64,000 nt of DNA from a virus. The notes beneath the pieces were generated by a model. The model searched no databases. It worked only from the letters and a program-made list of their open reading frames with translations, and was not told where the DNA came from. The stretch spans positions 64,001 to 128,000 of the IMG/VR virus record IMGVR_UViG_3300049845_000291, one strand, 5' to 3'. How positions within the stretch are numbered: the first letter of the stretch is position 1; each line of letters begins with the position of its first letter. A program made the position numbers and the translations under genes. Positions 36,772 to 46,127 of the stretch are shown in pieces.

Positions 36772-38657
36772 TCCTCCACGTGGAAGTACCGGATGTTTTC
36801 CAGCCAGACCTTGCGCTCGTCTTGGAAGGTGTTGCCGAACACGAGCTCGAACTTCTCGAGGTCAGCGGCCTCGAGCTCCGTGACGCGGACCAGGTACCTC
36901 TCGCGATTCTCAAGGAAGCGCTCGAAGATCTCGGTGTCGAAGCCGCCAAGACCCTTGTAGTACTCGGCCTTGTGCTTCGGCGCCTTGAGGGCCCAGGCCT
37001 TGTATTCGTCCTCGGTGAAGAACTCGTGGATCTCACCGCGGCCCGTTGTTGCGATGTACAGCGGGGTGTTCATGCGGTAGATCACGCCGAGCTTAAACAG
37101 CTCAGGCCAGTACTTGGCCCAGAACGACAGCAACAGCGATGAGATGTGGAAGCCATCGAGGTCCTGGTCACTTAGGATCACGAGCTTGCCGAACCGCAGC
37201 TGCGTGACCGAGTGCACCGTTTCGCCGATCTGCAAACCAGTGACCGTGAGCATGTTCGCGATCTCGTTGTTCGCGATCACCTCCTTGATCTCGGCATCGT
37301 ACACATTCAGCGGCTTGCCTCGCAAGCTGAACGAGCCGATGTACTTGTTCTTGCCGCGTGCGGACTGGATGGAGTTCCGAGCTGAGTCACCCTCGGTGAA
37401 GTACAGCTCGCACAGGTGCCGATCGCGCTTCTCGACCGCGTCATCGAACTTGTCGACACGCTTTGGGTTCGTCTTGGCCGCTTCCTTGTTCAGCTTCCGC
37501 AGCTCAGCCAGCTCAGCCGCCTTCTGCTTGGCCTCCACCCAGTCCAGCACCGCTTGGATGATCGGGGACTTGATCAACTTCTTGACCATAGCCTCGGGCA
37601 CGGACCACGTGGTCTTGTACGTGCCAGGCTGGCTGATCATGTTCTCCTTGGTCTGCGACGAGAACTTCGGGCGGTTGATGTTCGCGCTGATGTACACGCG
37701 GATGTGATTCCGAATGTCAGCAGGCTTGACCTCGACCTTATGCTTTTTCTTGATGTACTCGCGCACCGCTTCCGTGATCTGGTCGGTGACGTACCAGACA
37801 TGCGTGCCACCTTGGTAGGTCTCGACGGAGTTCACGAAGCTGACCTGCTCGAAGCCGTCGCTGTGTGACACGCCGACCTTCCAGTCCTCGGTGTCATCGT
37901 ACACGTACTCGTCGGTGTACAGCGCGATGTAGTCCCCGAAGTCGCGAATCAGGATGCGCTCGCCGTTCACGTAGAACTTGACCTTTGGATTGCACGCCGC
38001 GGCGTCGGCAATCTTCTTGGTCATCTTGAGCGCATGATCGGCGTCGAGCCCCTTGAGCTTGAAGAACGTGTAATCGGGCACGAACGAGATCTTCGTGCGG
38101 TTCTTCCCGTCAGGCTTGATCTTCGGCTCGGTGCGCTCGCGCATACCGTTGAAGAAATCCTGAGTGAGGACCTTCTTGCCGTCGCAGCTCTCGACGCGAA
38201 AGTGCGTGCTCAGGATGTTGGTGAGCGTGCTGCCGACACCGTTCGTGCCGATGAGCTGCTGGTCTTCGGCGTCGTTGAAGTTCGAGCCAGCCCGTAGGTT
38301 CGAGAACACGGTCTCGGCGACGTACGTACCGGTCTGCGGGTGCTTCTCAACCGGGATACCGCGACCGTTGTCGGTCACACTGATCATGCCGCTCTGATCG
38401 AAGTCCACGCGAATCGAATCGAGCACGGTTGGTGCGCGGCGATGCTCGTCAATCGCGTTGTCGAGAATCTCGCTGAAGATCTTGACGAGCGCCGGGATGT
38501 ACGAGATCCGACGCTTAACCATCTTCTTCGCGGCTGGATCGTACACCCACTCCTCGGAGGTGCTGAGCTCGGTCGAGCCGGCGTACATGCCTGTGCGACG
38601 GCGTACGTGCTCAATCTCGTCGAGCACCTGATATGTTTGGGCGATGTGCTTGGTCAT
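36768..38657 (-). CDS. Type IIA topoisomerase ATPase-TOPRIM subunit (fused gp39+gp60-like)
   Basis: EILDNAIDE, DNGRGIP, GTNGVG, EGDSA, LRGKPLN, DQDLDG.HI, YKGLG. Confidence 0.95.
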   Translation of the reverse strand: MTKHIAQTYQVLDEIEHVRRRTGMYAGSTELSTSEEWVYDPAAKKMVKRRISYIPALVKIFSEILDNAIDEHRRAPTVLDSIRVDFDQSGMISVTDNGRGIPVEKHPQTGTYVAETVFSNLRAGSNFNDAEDQQLIGTNGVGSTLTNILSTHFRVESCDGKKVLTQDFFNGMRERTEPKIKPDGKNRTKISFVPDYTFFKLKGLDADHALKMTKKIADAAACNPKVKFYVNGERILIRDFGDYIALYTDEYVYDDTEDWKVGVSHSDGFEQVSFVNSVETYQGGTHVWYVTDQITEAVREYIKKKHKVEVKPADIRNHIRVYISANINRPKFSSQTKENMISQPGTYKTTWSVPEAMVKKLIKSPIIQAVLDWVEAKQKAAELAELRKLNKEAAKTNPKRVDKFDDAVEKRDRHLCELYFTEGDSARNSIQSARGKNKYIGSFSLRGKPLNVYDAEIKEVIANNEIANMLTVTGLQIGETVHSVTQLRFGKLVILSDQDLDGFHISSLLLSFWAKYWPELFKLGVIYRMNTPLYIATTGRGEIHEFFTEDEYKAWALKAPKHKAEYYKGLGGFDTEIFERFLENRERYLVRVTELEAADLEKFELVFGNTFQDERKVWLENIRYFHVEE

Positions 38658-38672
38658 GAGGCTATTATAGCG

Positions 38673-38948
38673 TCAGCGCTCGAGCTCGCTTAGTTGCCTG
38701 ATGTGCACTCGGGAGGCCTTGGTGACCTCGAGCATCCGTTGAAACTCGAGGCCAACTGCCCGATAACCGACGTGAGAGTACGACTCGTACTCGTCAGGCA
38801 CCGGTCCCGTGCGCCCCGCAAGTTCCCTGGTAAGAAATTGATCCGCGGCGGCCTTGTTCTCGAAGATGTAGTACCCATCAGGCCGCACGCCCCAACCACG
38901 CTCGTGCTCGGTGATCTCAAGCACGTACACCGACGAGGTCGGTGTCAT
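38673..38948 (-). CDS. Hypothetical protein
   Basis: E.ERGWG.RPDG motif seen in phage small proteins. Confidence 0.6.
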   Translation of the reverse strand: MTPTSSVYVLEITEHERGWGVRPDGYYIFENKAAADQFLTRELAGRTGPVPDEYESYSHVGYRAVGLEFQRMLEVTKASRVHIRQLSELER

Positions 38949-39373
38949 CAGAACCTCGCCTTGACGAGCGTGCTGGCCATGGCGCCGTCGTACTGGCCGC
39001 CGGCCCGTTCCTTGAGAAGCTTCATGATCTCACCGACGCTCTTGGCGCCGTTCTGCACGAGCTGGTCGATCAGCGCTCCCAGCGCCGCTTCATCGAGCTG
39101 CTGTGGGAGGTACCGCAGCAAGACGTGCTTCTCGTACTCGAGATCGAGCTCGCGGTCGTCGGCACGACCGGCTAGGACCTTCAGGGACTCGTCGATGTTC
39201 TTGACGGTTTTCTTGACGGCCGCCACGACCTCGGCATCAGTTGGCTCGTGTCCCGTGTTCTTGGCTTGGGTTTCGAGCTCACCGATCAAGGTTGTCAAGG
39301 TGGCGGCGGTCTTGTGCTGGCGGGCCTTCCTTGCGGTCAGCGCGTCAGCCTTGATGGTGCTCAGCAGGCTCAT
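38948..39373 (-). CDS. GatB/YqeY domain protein
   Basis: I.AD...ARKA...E..VL..YLPQQL...G.IM..LK....GQYDG. Confidence 0.85.
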   Translation of the reverse strand: MSLLSTIKADALTARKARQHKTAATLTTLIGELETQAKNTGHEPTDAEVVAAVKKTVKNIDESLKVLAGRADDRELDLEYEKHVLLRYLPQQLDEAALGALIDQLVQNGAKSVGEIMKLLKERAGGQYDGAMASTLVKARF

Positions 39374-39433
39374 TGGCTCCTCCATTGGTGTCGTTGAACA
39401 ATAACACCTGTGTGCACCATCTGGTGCCTGATC

Positions 39434-40252
39434 CTAGGACGATGTCACCAGGTCTTTGACACGACTCGGCGCCCACCACACGGTTCGACCGTGCCGGTCG
39501 GAGTACGACTCCACCGGCTCGCCGTAGTGCCCACGCTGTTGGCCGTAGCACACGTTCCGGTACGAGGCGCCGTTGATCAACGGATGGCGGTCCTCGAGTG
39601 CCGAGTGGCTCAGGTCGTACAGCGCACACCAGATCTTGACGCGCTCGGTGCCAGTGATGCTTGTTGCGGCCCGGCGCGGATCGATCTGAGCCATGTACAG
39701 TCCATCGGCCCGCAGGTAGTTCCCACAGCCGGCGGCAATCCGCTGGTCGAGCAGCGCCTCGGCGATGGTCACGTTCTTGCCGAACCGGTTCAGCCGTTCC
39801 TCGAACTGCGGGATGCACAGCTGAAGCTGTTCTGCCGGGGTCATGATGTCCGGCCCGAGCTCGTTCAGCTTGCGCTTCGCCTCAGCGAGGGACACGACCT
39901 TGAACGTGCCAAAGTTCCGCGGGTCACAGAAGCACAGGAACTGCGGGCTGCCCTCGAGCTCGAGCTCGATCCGCAGGTGCTGCAGCGAGTTCGTGTGCTC
40001 CAGGTACCACCAGCCCGTCATGCCGAGGGTGCTGAGCACCGCGAAGCGCTCGTTCCCCTTCATGAAGTACAGCACGATCAGCTTGCCCTTGACCTTGATG
40101 CGCTCCAGGAAAGCGCCCTCGATGTTCGAGATCTCGGGGATGGGGGCGCGCATGTACCGACCGCTCTTGATCGACACACGCTTCACAGTGCGGCCAATGA
40201 CCGGTTGCACGTGAGTTCGTGCCACGTGCAGCACCTCAGGTCCTTCGGGCAT
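39434..40252 (-). CDS. Fpg/Nei DNA glycosylase-AP lyase (zincless finger type)
   Basis: MPEGPEV, KGK, LGMTG, DPRNFG, LGPD, LLDQ..AGCGNY; C-terminal GRTVWWAP lacks four Cys. Confidence 0.9.
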   Translation of the reverse strand: MPEGPEVLHVARTHVQPVIGRTVKRVSIKSGRYMRAPIPEISNIEGAFLERIKVKGKLIVLYFMKGNERFAVLSTLGMTGWWYLEHTNSLQHLRIELELEGSPQFLCFCDPRNFGTFKVVSLAEAKRKLNELGPDIMTPAEQLQLCIPQFEERLNRFGKNVTIAEALLDQRIAAGCGNYLRADGLYMAQIDPRRAATSITGTERVKIWCALYDLSHSALEDRHPLINGASYRNVCYGQQRGHYGEPVESYSDRHGRTVWWAPSRVKDLVTSS

Positions 40253-40290
40253 GGGATCTTCCAGGTTCTTGATGAGCTCGAGAAATTCGG

Positions 40291-40512
40291 TCATATGAGG
40301 TACCACAGGGTGTCGGCGGCCGCGACCAACAGGCCAAGAACTCCCAGGGTCAGCATCACGTTTCGGAGGAAATCTGAACTTTGGTCCCCGCCAAAGATGG
40401 TCTCGTGGCTTTTCACGTGTGTACGGTGCGCGAAGAACGCGATGCCAAAGCACATGAGCGGCCAGATCCAGGATGCCAGGACCTTGATGAGCTCGTGGTC
40501 GATGTCCATCAC
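40291..40512 (-). CDS. Small membrane protein
   Basis: Two hydrophobic helices. Confidence 0.55.
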   Translation of the reverse strand: MMDIDHELIKVLASWIWPLMCFGIAFFAHRTHVKSHETIFGGDQSSDFLRNVMLTLGVLGLLVAAADTLWYLI

Positions 40513-40784
40513 GCTCGATGCTCCTTGAGGTAACGGTTCTTGGCAGGCACCAACGGCACGAAACCGGGCTTGATGGCCGGCAGATGCATCTTCAGCGCGA
40601 GCTGGTTGTCAGCGAAGTGCTCGTGCAGGAAGTGCACGAGCCGGTCCTTGGCCGCGAGCAACCGAACCGTGGTCAGATCGGACTTGGGGACCTTGAGGAA
40701 GATCTGCACGTCGACGCCGTGCGGCTTGGCGCGCTTCGTGAAGGTCCCAACGTGCCCGTGAATGGAGATGTCGATGTAGCTCAT
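40509..40784 (-). CDS. Hypothetical protein
   Basis: In operon. Confidence 0.55.
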   Translation of the reverse strand: MSYIDISIHGHVGTFTKRAKPHGVDVQIFLKVPKSDLTTVRLLAAKDRLVHFLHEHFADNQLALKMHLPAIKPGFVPLVPAKNRYLKEHRA

Positions 40785-40803
40785 TGCTTGCAGCCAAAGC
40801 CCA

Positions 40804-41088
40804 TCAGAACCCCAGGCGCTTCAGGTCGGCGTTCAGGTACCTGCCCATGACCTGCGAGCCGTCGAACGTGACGTACTCGACATCGTGCACATCACGGACG
40901 ACCTGCGGGTTGGTCCACGCGGCACCGGCGTTGATCGCACGGACGAGACGCTCGGCCAGCAGTCGGCTCTTGCCGCAGCTCATGCCGAACCTGGTGCTCA
41001 GCTCCGGACGCTCGTTGCATTTGGACTCGACGACGAAATGGCCGTCGTCGGCAGTCTTGATGAAGGCGGTGAGGGTCAGCGTGCTCAT
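40804..41088 (-). CDS. Hypothetical protein
   Basis: ATG 8 nt after TATGAT. Confidence 0.6.
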   Translation of the reverse strand: MSTLTLTAFIKTADDGHFVVESKCNERPELSTRFGMSCGKSRLLAERLVRAINAGAAWTNPQVVRDVHDVEYVTFDGSQVMGRYLNADLKRLGF

Positions 41089-41107
41089 GCCTTGCATCAT
41101 ATCATGA

Positions 41108-41138
41108 ACCTGTAACGACCGGTTTGGTCGTTACAGGT
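41108..41138. promoter_or_regulatory. 13-bp perfect inverted repeat with TGTAAC/GTTACA boxes
   Basis: ACCTGTAACGACC-GGTTT-GGTCGTTACAGGT. Confidence 0.7.
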
Positions 41139-41139
41139 G

Positions 41140-42765
41140 TCACGTGGTGTACTGTGTGTCTGAGAACACCTCGTTCGGCGTCAAGCCCTGCAACAGGAGC
41201 TGACCAATGGACAACCCGTGGTAGTGCGCCGCCACTGACTTCACTGGATCGTTCTTGATGTACTGCGCCAAGCCGATCCAGATCACCGCCAGCCAGAGGT
41301 AATGCACCTCGGTGAAGCGCTCCATGAGCAAAGCACAGCCGCCCAAATCCGGCTTGGGGATCTTGAACTTCATCCCCCAGCTCGCACCGTGAACGCCATT
41401 GTGGTCCAGATGGAACTCACGCGAGTAGTTGAACAGGTCGTACCCGCTGAGCGCGTACGCCAGCTTTGCGATGTCGTACTCTGGTACGCCGTACGTCTTG
41501 GTCTGACCAAAGTACCCGCGTGGATCGATCAGCGTGATCTCCAGCGTGTCGGGATCGATCATGCTGTTCGACATCTGCAGGTCACCATGGATCATGCTCA
41601 TGGTGTTGACGCCTTGGTAGTGCTTGGCGAGCTTCTCATACAGCCCGTTAATGATCTCCAGCGGAGACATGCGTAGGTACAGTCCATTGACGTTCTGAAC
41701 CGGGCCGAAGGCATCGATGACGCCAGCAATCTCACGGTACCGATTCAGGAGCTTCTCATGCGCCTCGATCTTGACATCACGCTGCACGATCTCGGTGGTG
41801 AACTCTTCCTTGATGCTGTGCAGCCTATCTGCTTGGTCAAAAAGGCGGCGCAGCACGAGGCGTCTGTTCTCAGCATCAAGGGTCCCCCAGTGCTGCCAGA
41901 CTGGGACACCTTTGACCTTGCTCATCACGAACGAGTCGCGGTCCATCGACACCCAGACCTTTGGCCGGCGGACCAATGTCCGCCGACGGTCGAGTTCCTC
42001 GTACCACGCGATCTCTTTCTTGATGAGCTGCTCGCCTTGGGTGTTCAACGCGCGCTTGAGCACCAGGTCTCCATGGATCTCAACCGAGTTGAACGAACGA
42101 GCGGCGTCGGCCGTTGAGCGAACGCGCTCAAGCTTTGGCTTGTCACCCCAGTCAATGATCGACGGCATGGGGAGCTGGAACACACCGTCCTTGGAGTACT
42201 GTGTAAGCAGCTCGACAAAGTCTTGGCCCTTGGTGTACGGCTTCGGGTGGTACTCAGCCACCGCGTACACACCGAAAAGCCCGCCACGACCGTCCTCTCG
42301 CAGCACTGGGACCTTGTGCTTGACACCGGGTCGATCAGCAAGATCGTATCGGTTTGGGTGATCGTAGTTCGTGAACGCGACGGCCTCGTGCCCAACAAGA
42401 TCCTCTGGGCGGAAGTGCTCACCAGGCAGCACATCACACCAGGTGAAGAGCACTGGACTGCCTTCAAGATGCTGGCATGAGCTGAAGATCGCGTGCGCCG
42501 AGCCATGCGCGCCATCGACTGTCACAACATGAAAGGGCAGCTCTGGTTGCGACGCCCCAAAGTACATGTTGTAGTACTCGCGGACCAGCGTCCGGTAGCT
42601 GGAGTGCACGATCACCGTGATTGAACTGGCGTACTGCGTCCAGTACTCGATCTGCTTGACAAAGCCAGTTTCCTTCCCGATGTTCACGAAGAACTTTGGG
42701 ATGTGGTTCGTGAGGGGAGCAAGGCGGCTTCCAAGCCCGCCGGCGACGATGACGACGTTCATCAT
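41140..42765 (-). CDS. Sugar-phosphate nucleotidyltransferase fused to APH/choline-kinase-like phosphotransferase
   Basis: N-terminal VAGGLGSRL.PLT..IPK and WCD; C-terminal HGDLQMSN, IDPRGYFG, YDIAKL. Confidence 0.88.
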   Translation of the reverse strand: MMNVVIVAGGLGSRLAPLTNHIPKFFVNIGKETGFVKQIEYWTQYASSITVIVHSSYRTLVREYYNMYFGASQPELPFHVVTVDGAHGSAHAIFSSCQHLEGSPVLFTWCDVLPGEHFRPEDLVGHEAVAFTNYDHPNRYDLADRPGVKHKVPVLREDGRGGLFGVYAVAEYHPKPYTKGQDFVELLTQYSKDGVFQLPMPSIIDWGDKPKLERVRSTADAARSFNSVEIHGDLVLKRALNTQGEQLIKKEIAWYEELDRRRTLVRRPKVWVSMDRDSFVMSKVKGVPVWQHWGTLDAENRRLVLRRLFDQADRLHSIKEEFTTEIVQRDVKIEAHEKLLNRYREIAGVIDAFGPVQNVNGLYLRMSPLEIINGLYEKLAKHYQGVNTMSMIHGDLQMSNSMIDPDTLEITLIDPRGYFGQTKTYGVPEYDIAKLAYALSGYDLFNYSREFHLDHNGVHGASWGMKFKIPKPDLGGCALLMERFTEVHYLWLAVIWIGLAQYIKNDPVKSVAAHYHGLSIGQLLLQGLTPNEVFSDTQYTT

Positions 42766-43385
42766 GCCACCCCACTTTCGGCCTTGAGCATCGCCCCAAG
42801 GGCACCGTCAGGGTGCAGCTTGAGGAAGTCCATGCGCTGGAAGTTCAGCCCATGCGAAACTTGGACCGCAATGCAGTCCAAGATGCACAGCAACGCGGTG
42901 GTGCTGGTAGTGGGAGCCAGCCCGTGCTCATCGCCCTCGACGACCGCTCCGATGCACAGCTCGCGGTGCACATGCGGATTTCGAGGCTTTGTTGGCTTGC
43001 AGTGAATCAGGATCTGCTTGACGTTCGGTCGAATGACCGTCACGTGCTGGATCGTCTCTAGCATCTCTCGAGTTGTGCCAGAACGCGAGATGTGGATAAT
43101 CAGATCCTCATGCCCGATATGACCGTAATCTCCGTGTCCGGTATGGGCGGTGTTTAGGTACAGAGACGGGATACCTAGGCTCGCCATGGTTTCGCTGATT
43201 TTGGCAGCGATGTTGGCGTTCTTGCCAACACCCGTGATGATCACACGAGCTCGATATTCTTTACGGGCCGTCTCGAGGACGTCTTGAACAATTGCTTCGT
43301 ATTCTGCTGAAGCAACGACAGGCTTCAGCGCCAAGAGCGCTGAAGCCTGTCGTTCAATGTTTGTAAGAGCTAGACTGTTACCCAT
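42762..43385 (-). CDS. SIS-domain sugar-phosphate isomerase (KdsD/GutQ arabinose-5-phosphate isomerase-like, no CBS)
   Basis: ITGVGKN, HGDYG, ISRSG.T.E, LAPTTST, F.KLHP.GALG. Confidence 0.88.
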   Translation of the reverse strand: MGNSLALTNIERQASALLALKPVVASAEYEAIVQDVLETARKEYRARVIITGVGKNANIAAKISETMASLGIPSLYLNTAHTGHGDYGHIGHEDLIIHISRSGTTREMLETIQHVTVIRPNVKQILIHCKPTKPRNPHVHRELCIGAVVEGDEHGLAPTTSTTALLCILDCIAVQVSHGLNFQRMDFLKLHPDGALGAMLKAESGVA

Positions 43386-43386
43386 G

Positions 43387-43419
43387 TTGCCTCCTAATCT
43401 AGGAGGCAATTGTAACCGA
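43387..43419 (-). promoter_or_regulatory. TACAAT -10 element plus 10-bp hairpin sequestering AGGAGG RBS
   Basis: Minus strand reads TCGGTTACAA-TTGCCTCCTA-GAT-TAGGAGGCAA-C-ATG (the -10's last T is the first base of the hairpin). Confidence 0.75.
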
Positions 43420-43473
43420 GACTAGCTCTCTATCAACTCAATTCTCGGATCAAGAAGTGCGAGGACTGGCGCT

Positions 43474-44217
43474 TCATTTGCGCTCGAACCTCGACAAGAT
43501 GTCCTTCCTGAACTTTTCCTCGGTGGAGCTCATCCACGACGCAGGCGCCACCCCGTCAGGTTCCAGGTACTCCATGATCGACATGTTGTGCGATCGGTTC
43601 AGGTACCAACCGGCGGCCAGGTGCTTCGCCTCCTCGATCGCGTCGCCGCCCAACAGGATCGCGAACATCATGATCTCGCGGTTGAAGTGCGAGAGCTGCT
43701 CGTGCAGGTGGTCGCTGAGCTGATGCCAGGCCTCGACGTTGTCGACGCTCGCCAGCACCATGACCGTGTACAGGGTGACCAATCTGGACTGGATGACGGC
43801 GGCATTGCGTTTGGCCTGGCGGAACGCGCCCTCAACTGTGTTGGTCTCCGTTTTGTACGGTTGCTTGGTGCAACCGGCGCCCTTCAGGCGGTCCAGGGCG
43901 GCCTTCGGCATGTCGAAGTACGGGAGCGCGGTGCTCTTCGAGCCGTGAATCAACAGCTCGTCGAGCCACTCGTCGATGAACTGCATGTACGGGTCAGTTT
44001 CGTCCTTCATGAACTTGGCGGGCCAATCGACCGAATTCATGATGGCATGACCTGAGACTGCGGCCAGCGAGTGCCGAGCCTTGAGCGCGAACTCCGGCAA
44101 GTTCCGTCGACCGACAAGATGCACACCGTTCAGGACGAACTTGAGCGCCTCGGACAGCAGGACGCAGCGGCCGATCAGCACCTGCCGATCGACCTGAGAG
44201 TTCAGGTACTCGTTCAT
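43474..44217 (-). CDS. Hypothetical helical protein
   Basis: 247-aa ORF with strong GC3 bias. Confidence 0.7.
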   Translation of the reverse strand: MNEYLNSQVDRQVLIGRCVLLSEALKFVLNGVHLVGRRNLPEFALKARHSLAAVSGHAIMNSVDWPAKFMKDETDPYMQFIDEWLDELLIHGSKSTALPYFDMPKAALDRLKGAGCTKQPYKTETNTVEGAFRQAKRNAAVIQSRLVTLYTVMVLASVDNVEAWHQLSDHLHEQLSHFNREIMMFAILLGGDAIEEAKHLAAGWYLNRSHNMSIMEYLEPDGVAPASWMSSTEEKFRKDILSRFERK

Positions 44218-44672
44218 GCGGCGACCTTGAAGAACAGCGGTTGTCGCGGGTCCATGTACTCGGTGTCGTACTTCTCGTCACCAGGGAAGTTGCCCTCCTT
44301 GTCAGGCATCACGATCTGCACAACCGGTACCGTGGTGCCGTAGTACTGATCAGCCTGCACGAAGTACTCCGTGCGCATGAGATCCTCGTTCTCGTTCGTG
44401 CGCTTGAACAGCACGGGGAGATTCGCCCAGCGCTCGTCCGGCAGATCGAACTGCAACGGCCAACCGTCACGGATCTTGGAGGCAACCTCGTTGATGATCA
44501 CGCACGCCAGGTCGGGGCGCAGGCCGACGATCATGAGCTCGAAGCCGAAGGCCTTGTCGCTGAACAGCCCGATCGTGTACGCGAACGGGTGCTTGCCATC
44601 GGCAACCCCGATCACCGTGTGCCCGTAGGAGCTGATGTCTTCGAGAATCTTGGCCAAGAGTCGGTCGTGCAT
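44214..44672 (-). CDS. DUF4262-like protein
   Basis: PFAYTIGL, EL...GL, QIVMPDKEG.FP. Confidence 0.8.
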   Translation of the reverse strand: MHDRLLAKILEDISSYGHTVIGVADGKHPFAYTIGLFSDKAFGFELMIVGLRPDLACVIINEVASKIRDGWPLQFDLPDERWANLPVLFKRTNENEDLMRTEYFVQADQYYGTTVPVVQIVMPDKEGNFPGDEKYDTEYMDPRQPLFFKVAA

Positions 44673-44674
44673 GA

Positions 44675-45025
44675 TCAGTTCTCCGTCAAAAAGTCGACCA
44701 AAAAGTGCGCGTCATCAGCCGTCAGCATCACCATGTTGCCGCGCGCGGCCTTGGCTAAGCTGATCAAGGTGATGGCGCGCTCGGAACGAAACGCTGACGC
44801 CAGCTCAATGTGCTTCAGGTCAGAGTTCCCGTTGCTCTTCATCCAGGAGTAGGCCTGCTCCCAGGTCTTGAAGCGGTTGCCGAACAAGGTGATTCGAGTC
44901 CCGACCATGCTCTCGCACAGCTGTCTGACCTCAACCTCAGCGCTGGCTCGCTCCTCGGCGAGATAACGCTCGCAGGCCGCCCGCAGTCGCTCGGGCTCGA
45001 TCACGGTGAAGCTCTTGATTCCCAT
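44675..45025 (-). CDS. Hypothetical protein
   Basis: In operon. Confidence 0.6.
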   Translation of the reverse strand: MGIKSFTVIEPERLRAACERYLAEERASAEVEVRQLCESMVGTRITLFGNRFKTWEQAYSWMKSNGNSDLKHIELASAFRSERAITLISLAKAARGNMVMLTADDAHFLVDFLTEN

Positions 45026-45495
45026 CACGCCAACCTGAAGGACTTGAGGAGCTTGATGAAGCTGTACTCGCTGGAACCTTGACCCCAGTTCCTGTTGGCG
45101 GCTGGGTTGTCGACGTTCACGTGCTCGTACGCCTCCGGAATGTTGGTCAGGCCATCCATGATCGGGCGAACATCGTACAGCTCGGCGGGCACGACCACCG
45201 CCACTGCCGTGGTGGCGCACGCCAAGGACGGTCCATCTTCCTTGAAACGCACGACGGGCAGGGTGAGGGCGTTCTCGGCCAACACCTGCAGAGCGGTGTA
45301 CAGGCCGTCCAGCTCCATGCTGTTCCCGCCGTTGCAGATGATGATGGTCTTGTGCTCATACGCCCAGCGCAGCGCCAGCTGTCGCTGGACCGTACGGTCC
45401 TCGTACTTGGTCAACATCTCGGAGACACAGTGCGCGGTCTGCAAACCGAGCTGCAGCTGCGACAGGTAGTAATTGGTGAAGGAGTACAGGCGCAT
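45025..45495 (-). CDS. Peptidyl-tRNA hydrolase type 2-like phage protein
   Basis: Y...N.YLS..Q.GLQTAH, W...HKTIIICNGG, F.ED..SL...TAV. Confidence 0.65.
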   Translation of the reverse strand: MRLYSFTNYYLSQLQLGLQTAHCVSEMLTKYEDRTVQRQLALRWAYEHKTIIICNGGNSMELDGLYTALQVLAENALTLPVVRFKEDGPSLACATTAVAVVVPAELYDVRPIMDGLTNIPEAYEHVNVDNPAANRNWGQGSSEYSFIKLLKSFRLA

Positions 45496-45944
45496 CACTT
45501 GTCCAGTTGTTGTTTCAAAGCTCGCTCTTGAATCTTTTGACGTTCGATCTTTTCCCACATGTCGGCGCAGTCGCTTTGGGTTTGCTTGATGTCGCCGACC
45601 GTGATTGGTCGTTGCCATTGCGCGGCACGGCGCACGATCGTGTTGTCAAAGCACGAGTCGGCCAGACGGGCTGCACGAATCTCCTCAGGCGTCGCATCAC
45701 GTGTGAGATGCCAGTTCCACATGAAAATGGAACCAAAGAAGAACACGATGACCTGTAAAATGGTGCCGCCCCAGAAACCGTCACTGCTCTTGTTCGCAAA
45801 GGTTCTAAACCAAGCGCGATAGAACCAGAAGACCCAGACCGGCGGCAGCAGGTACATGATGAAAGTTAGCACCTTCGTGATGACCAGCATCAGCCGCCTG
45901 GATCGTCTGATCCAGAGACGCTGGGTTGCAATCGACATCGACAT
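45495..45944 (-). CDS. Membrane protein
   Basis: Two TM helices. Confidence 0.6.
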   Translation of the reverse strand: MSMSIATQRLWIRRSRRLMLVITKVLTFIMYLLPPVWVFWFYRAWFRTFANKSSDGFWGGTILQVIVFFFGSIFMWNWHLTRDATPEEIRAARLADSCFDNTIVRRAAQWQRPITVGDIKQTQSDCADMWEKIERQKIQERALKQQLDK

Positions 45945-46126
45945 CACTTGTCCTTGAAGAACTTCGTGCCAAGCAGCGCGTTCACGGCAATCGATGCCAC
46001 GATGATCACGAAGGCCACCAGTGCGCCAAGGAGCATTCCATGTACAGGTCGACCGAAGACCAAGCCGGCCACACCGGTCAGCACCATCCAAAGGACAACG
46101 AAGGCGGTGATGAACGTGCGGTTCAC
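45944..46126 (-). CDS. Small membrane protein
   Basis: Two TM helices. Confidence 0.55.
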   Translation of the reverse strand: MNRTFITAFVVLWMVLTGVAGLVFGRPVHGMLLGALVAFVIIVASIAVNALLGTKFFKDK

Positions 46127-46127
46127 A

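Noticed and set aside
30302-38657. Inteins or introns in thyA or the topoisomerases
   Set aside because: Lengths and motif spacing are normal; the short thyA insertion lacks intein motifs
39410-40528. 372-aa plus-strand ORF and the 339-aa long version of the glycosylase
   Set aside because: The first is a shadow ORF; the long N-terminus of the second overlaps a separate membrane gene, and the family starts at MPE
42762-43385. SIS isomerase as a host LPS/Kdo auxiliary gene
   Set aside because: Not excluded but disfavoured: no kdsA/B/C nearby, it is coupled to an NTase-kinase fusion, and it shares a promoter element with the hydroxymethylase
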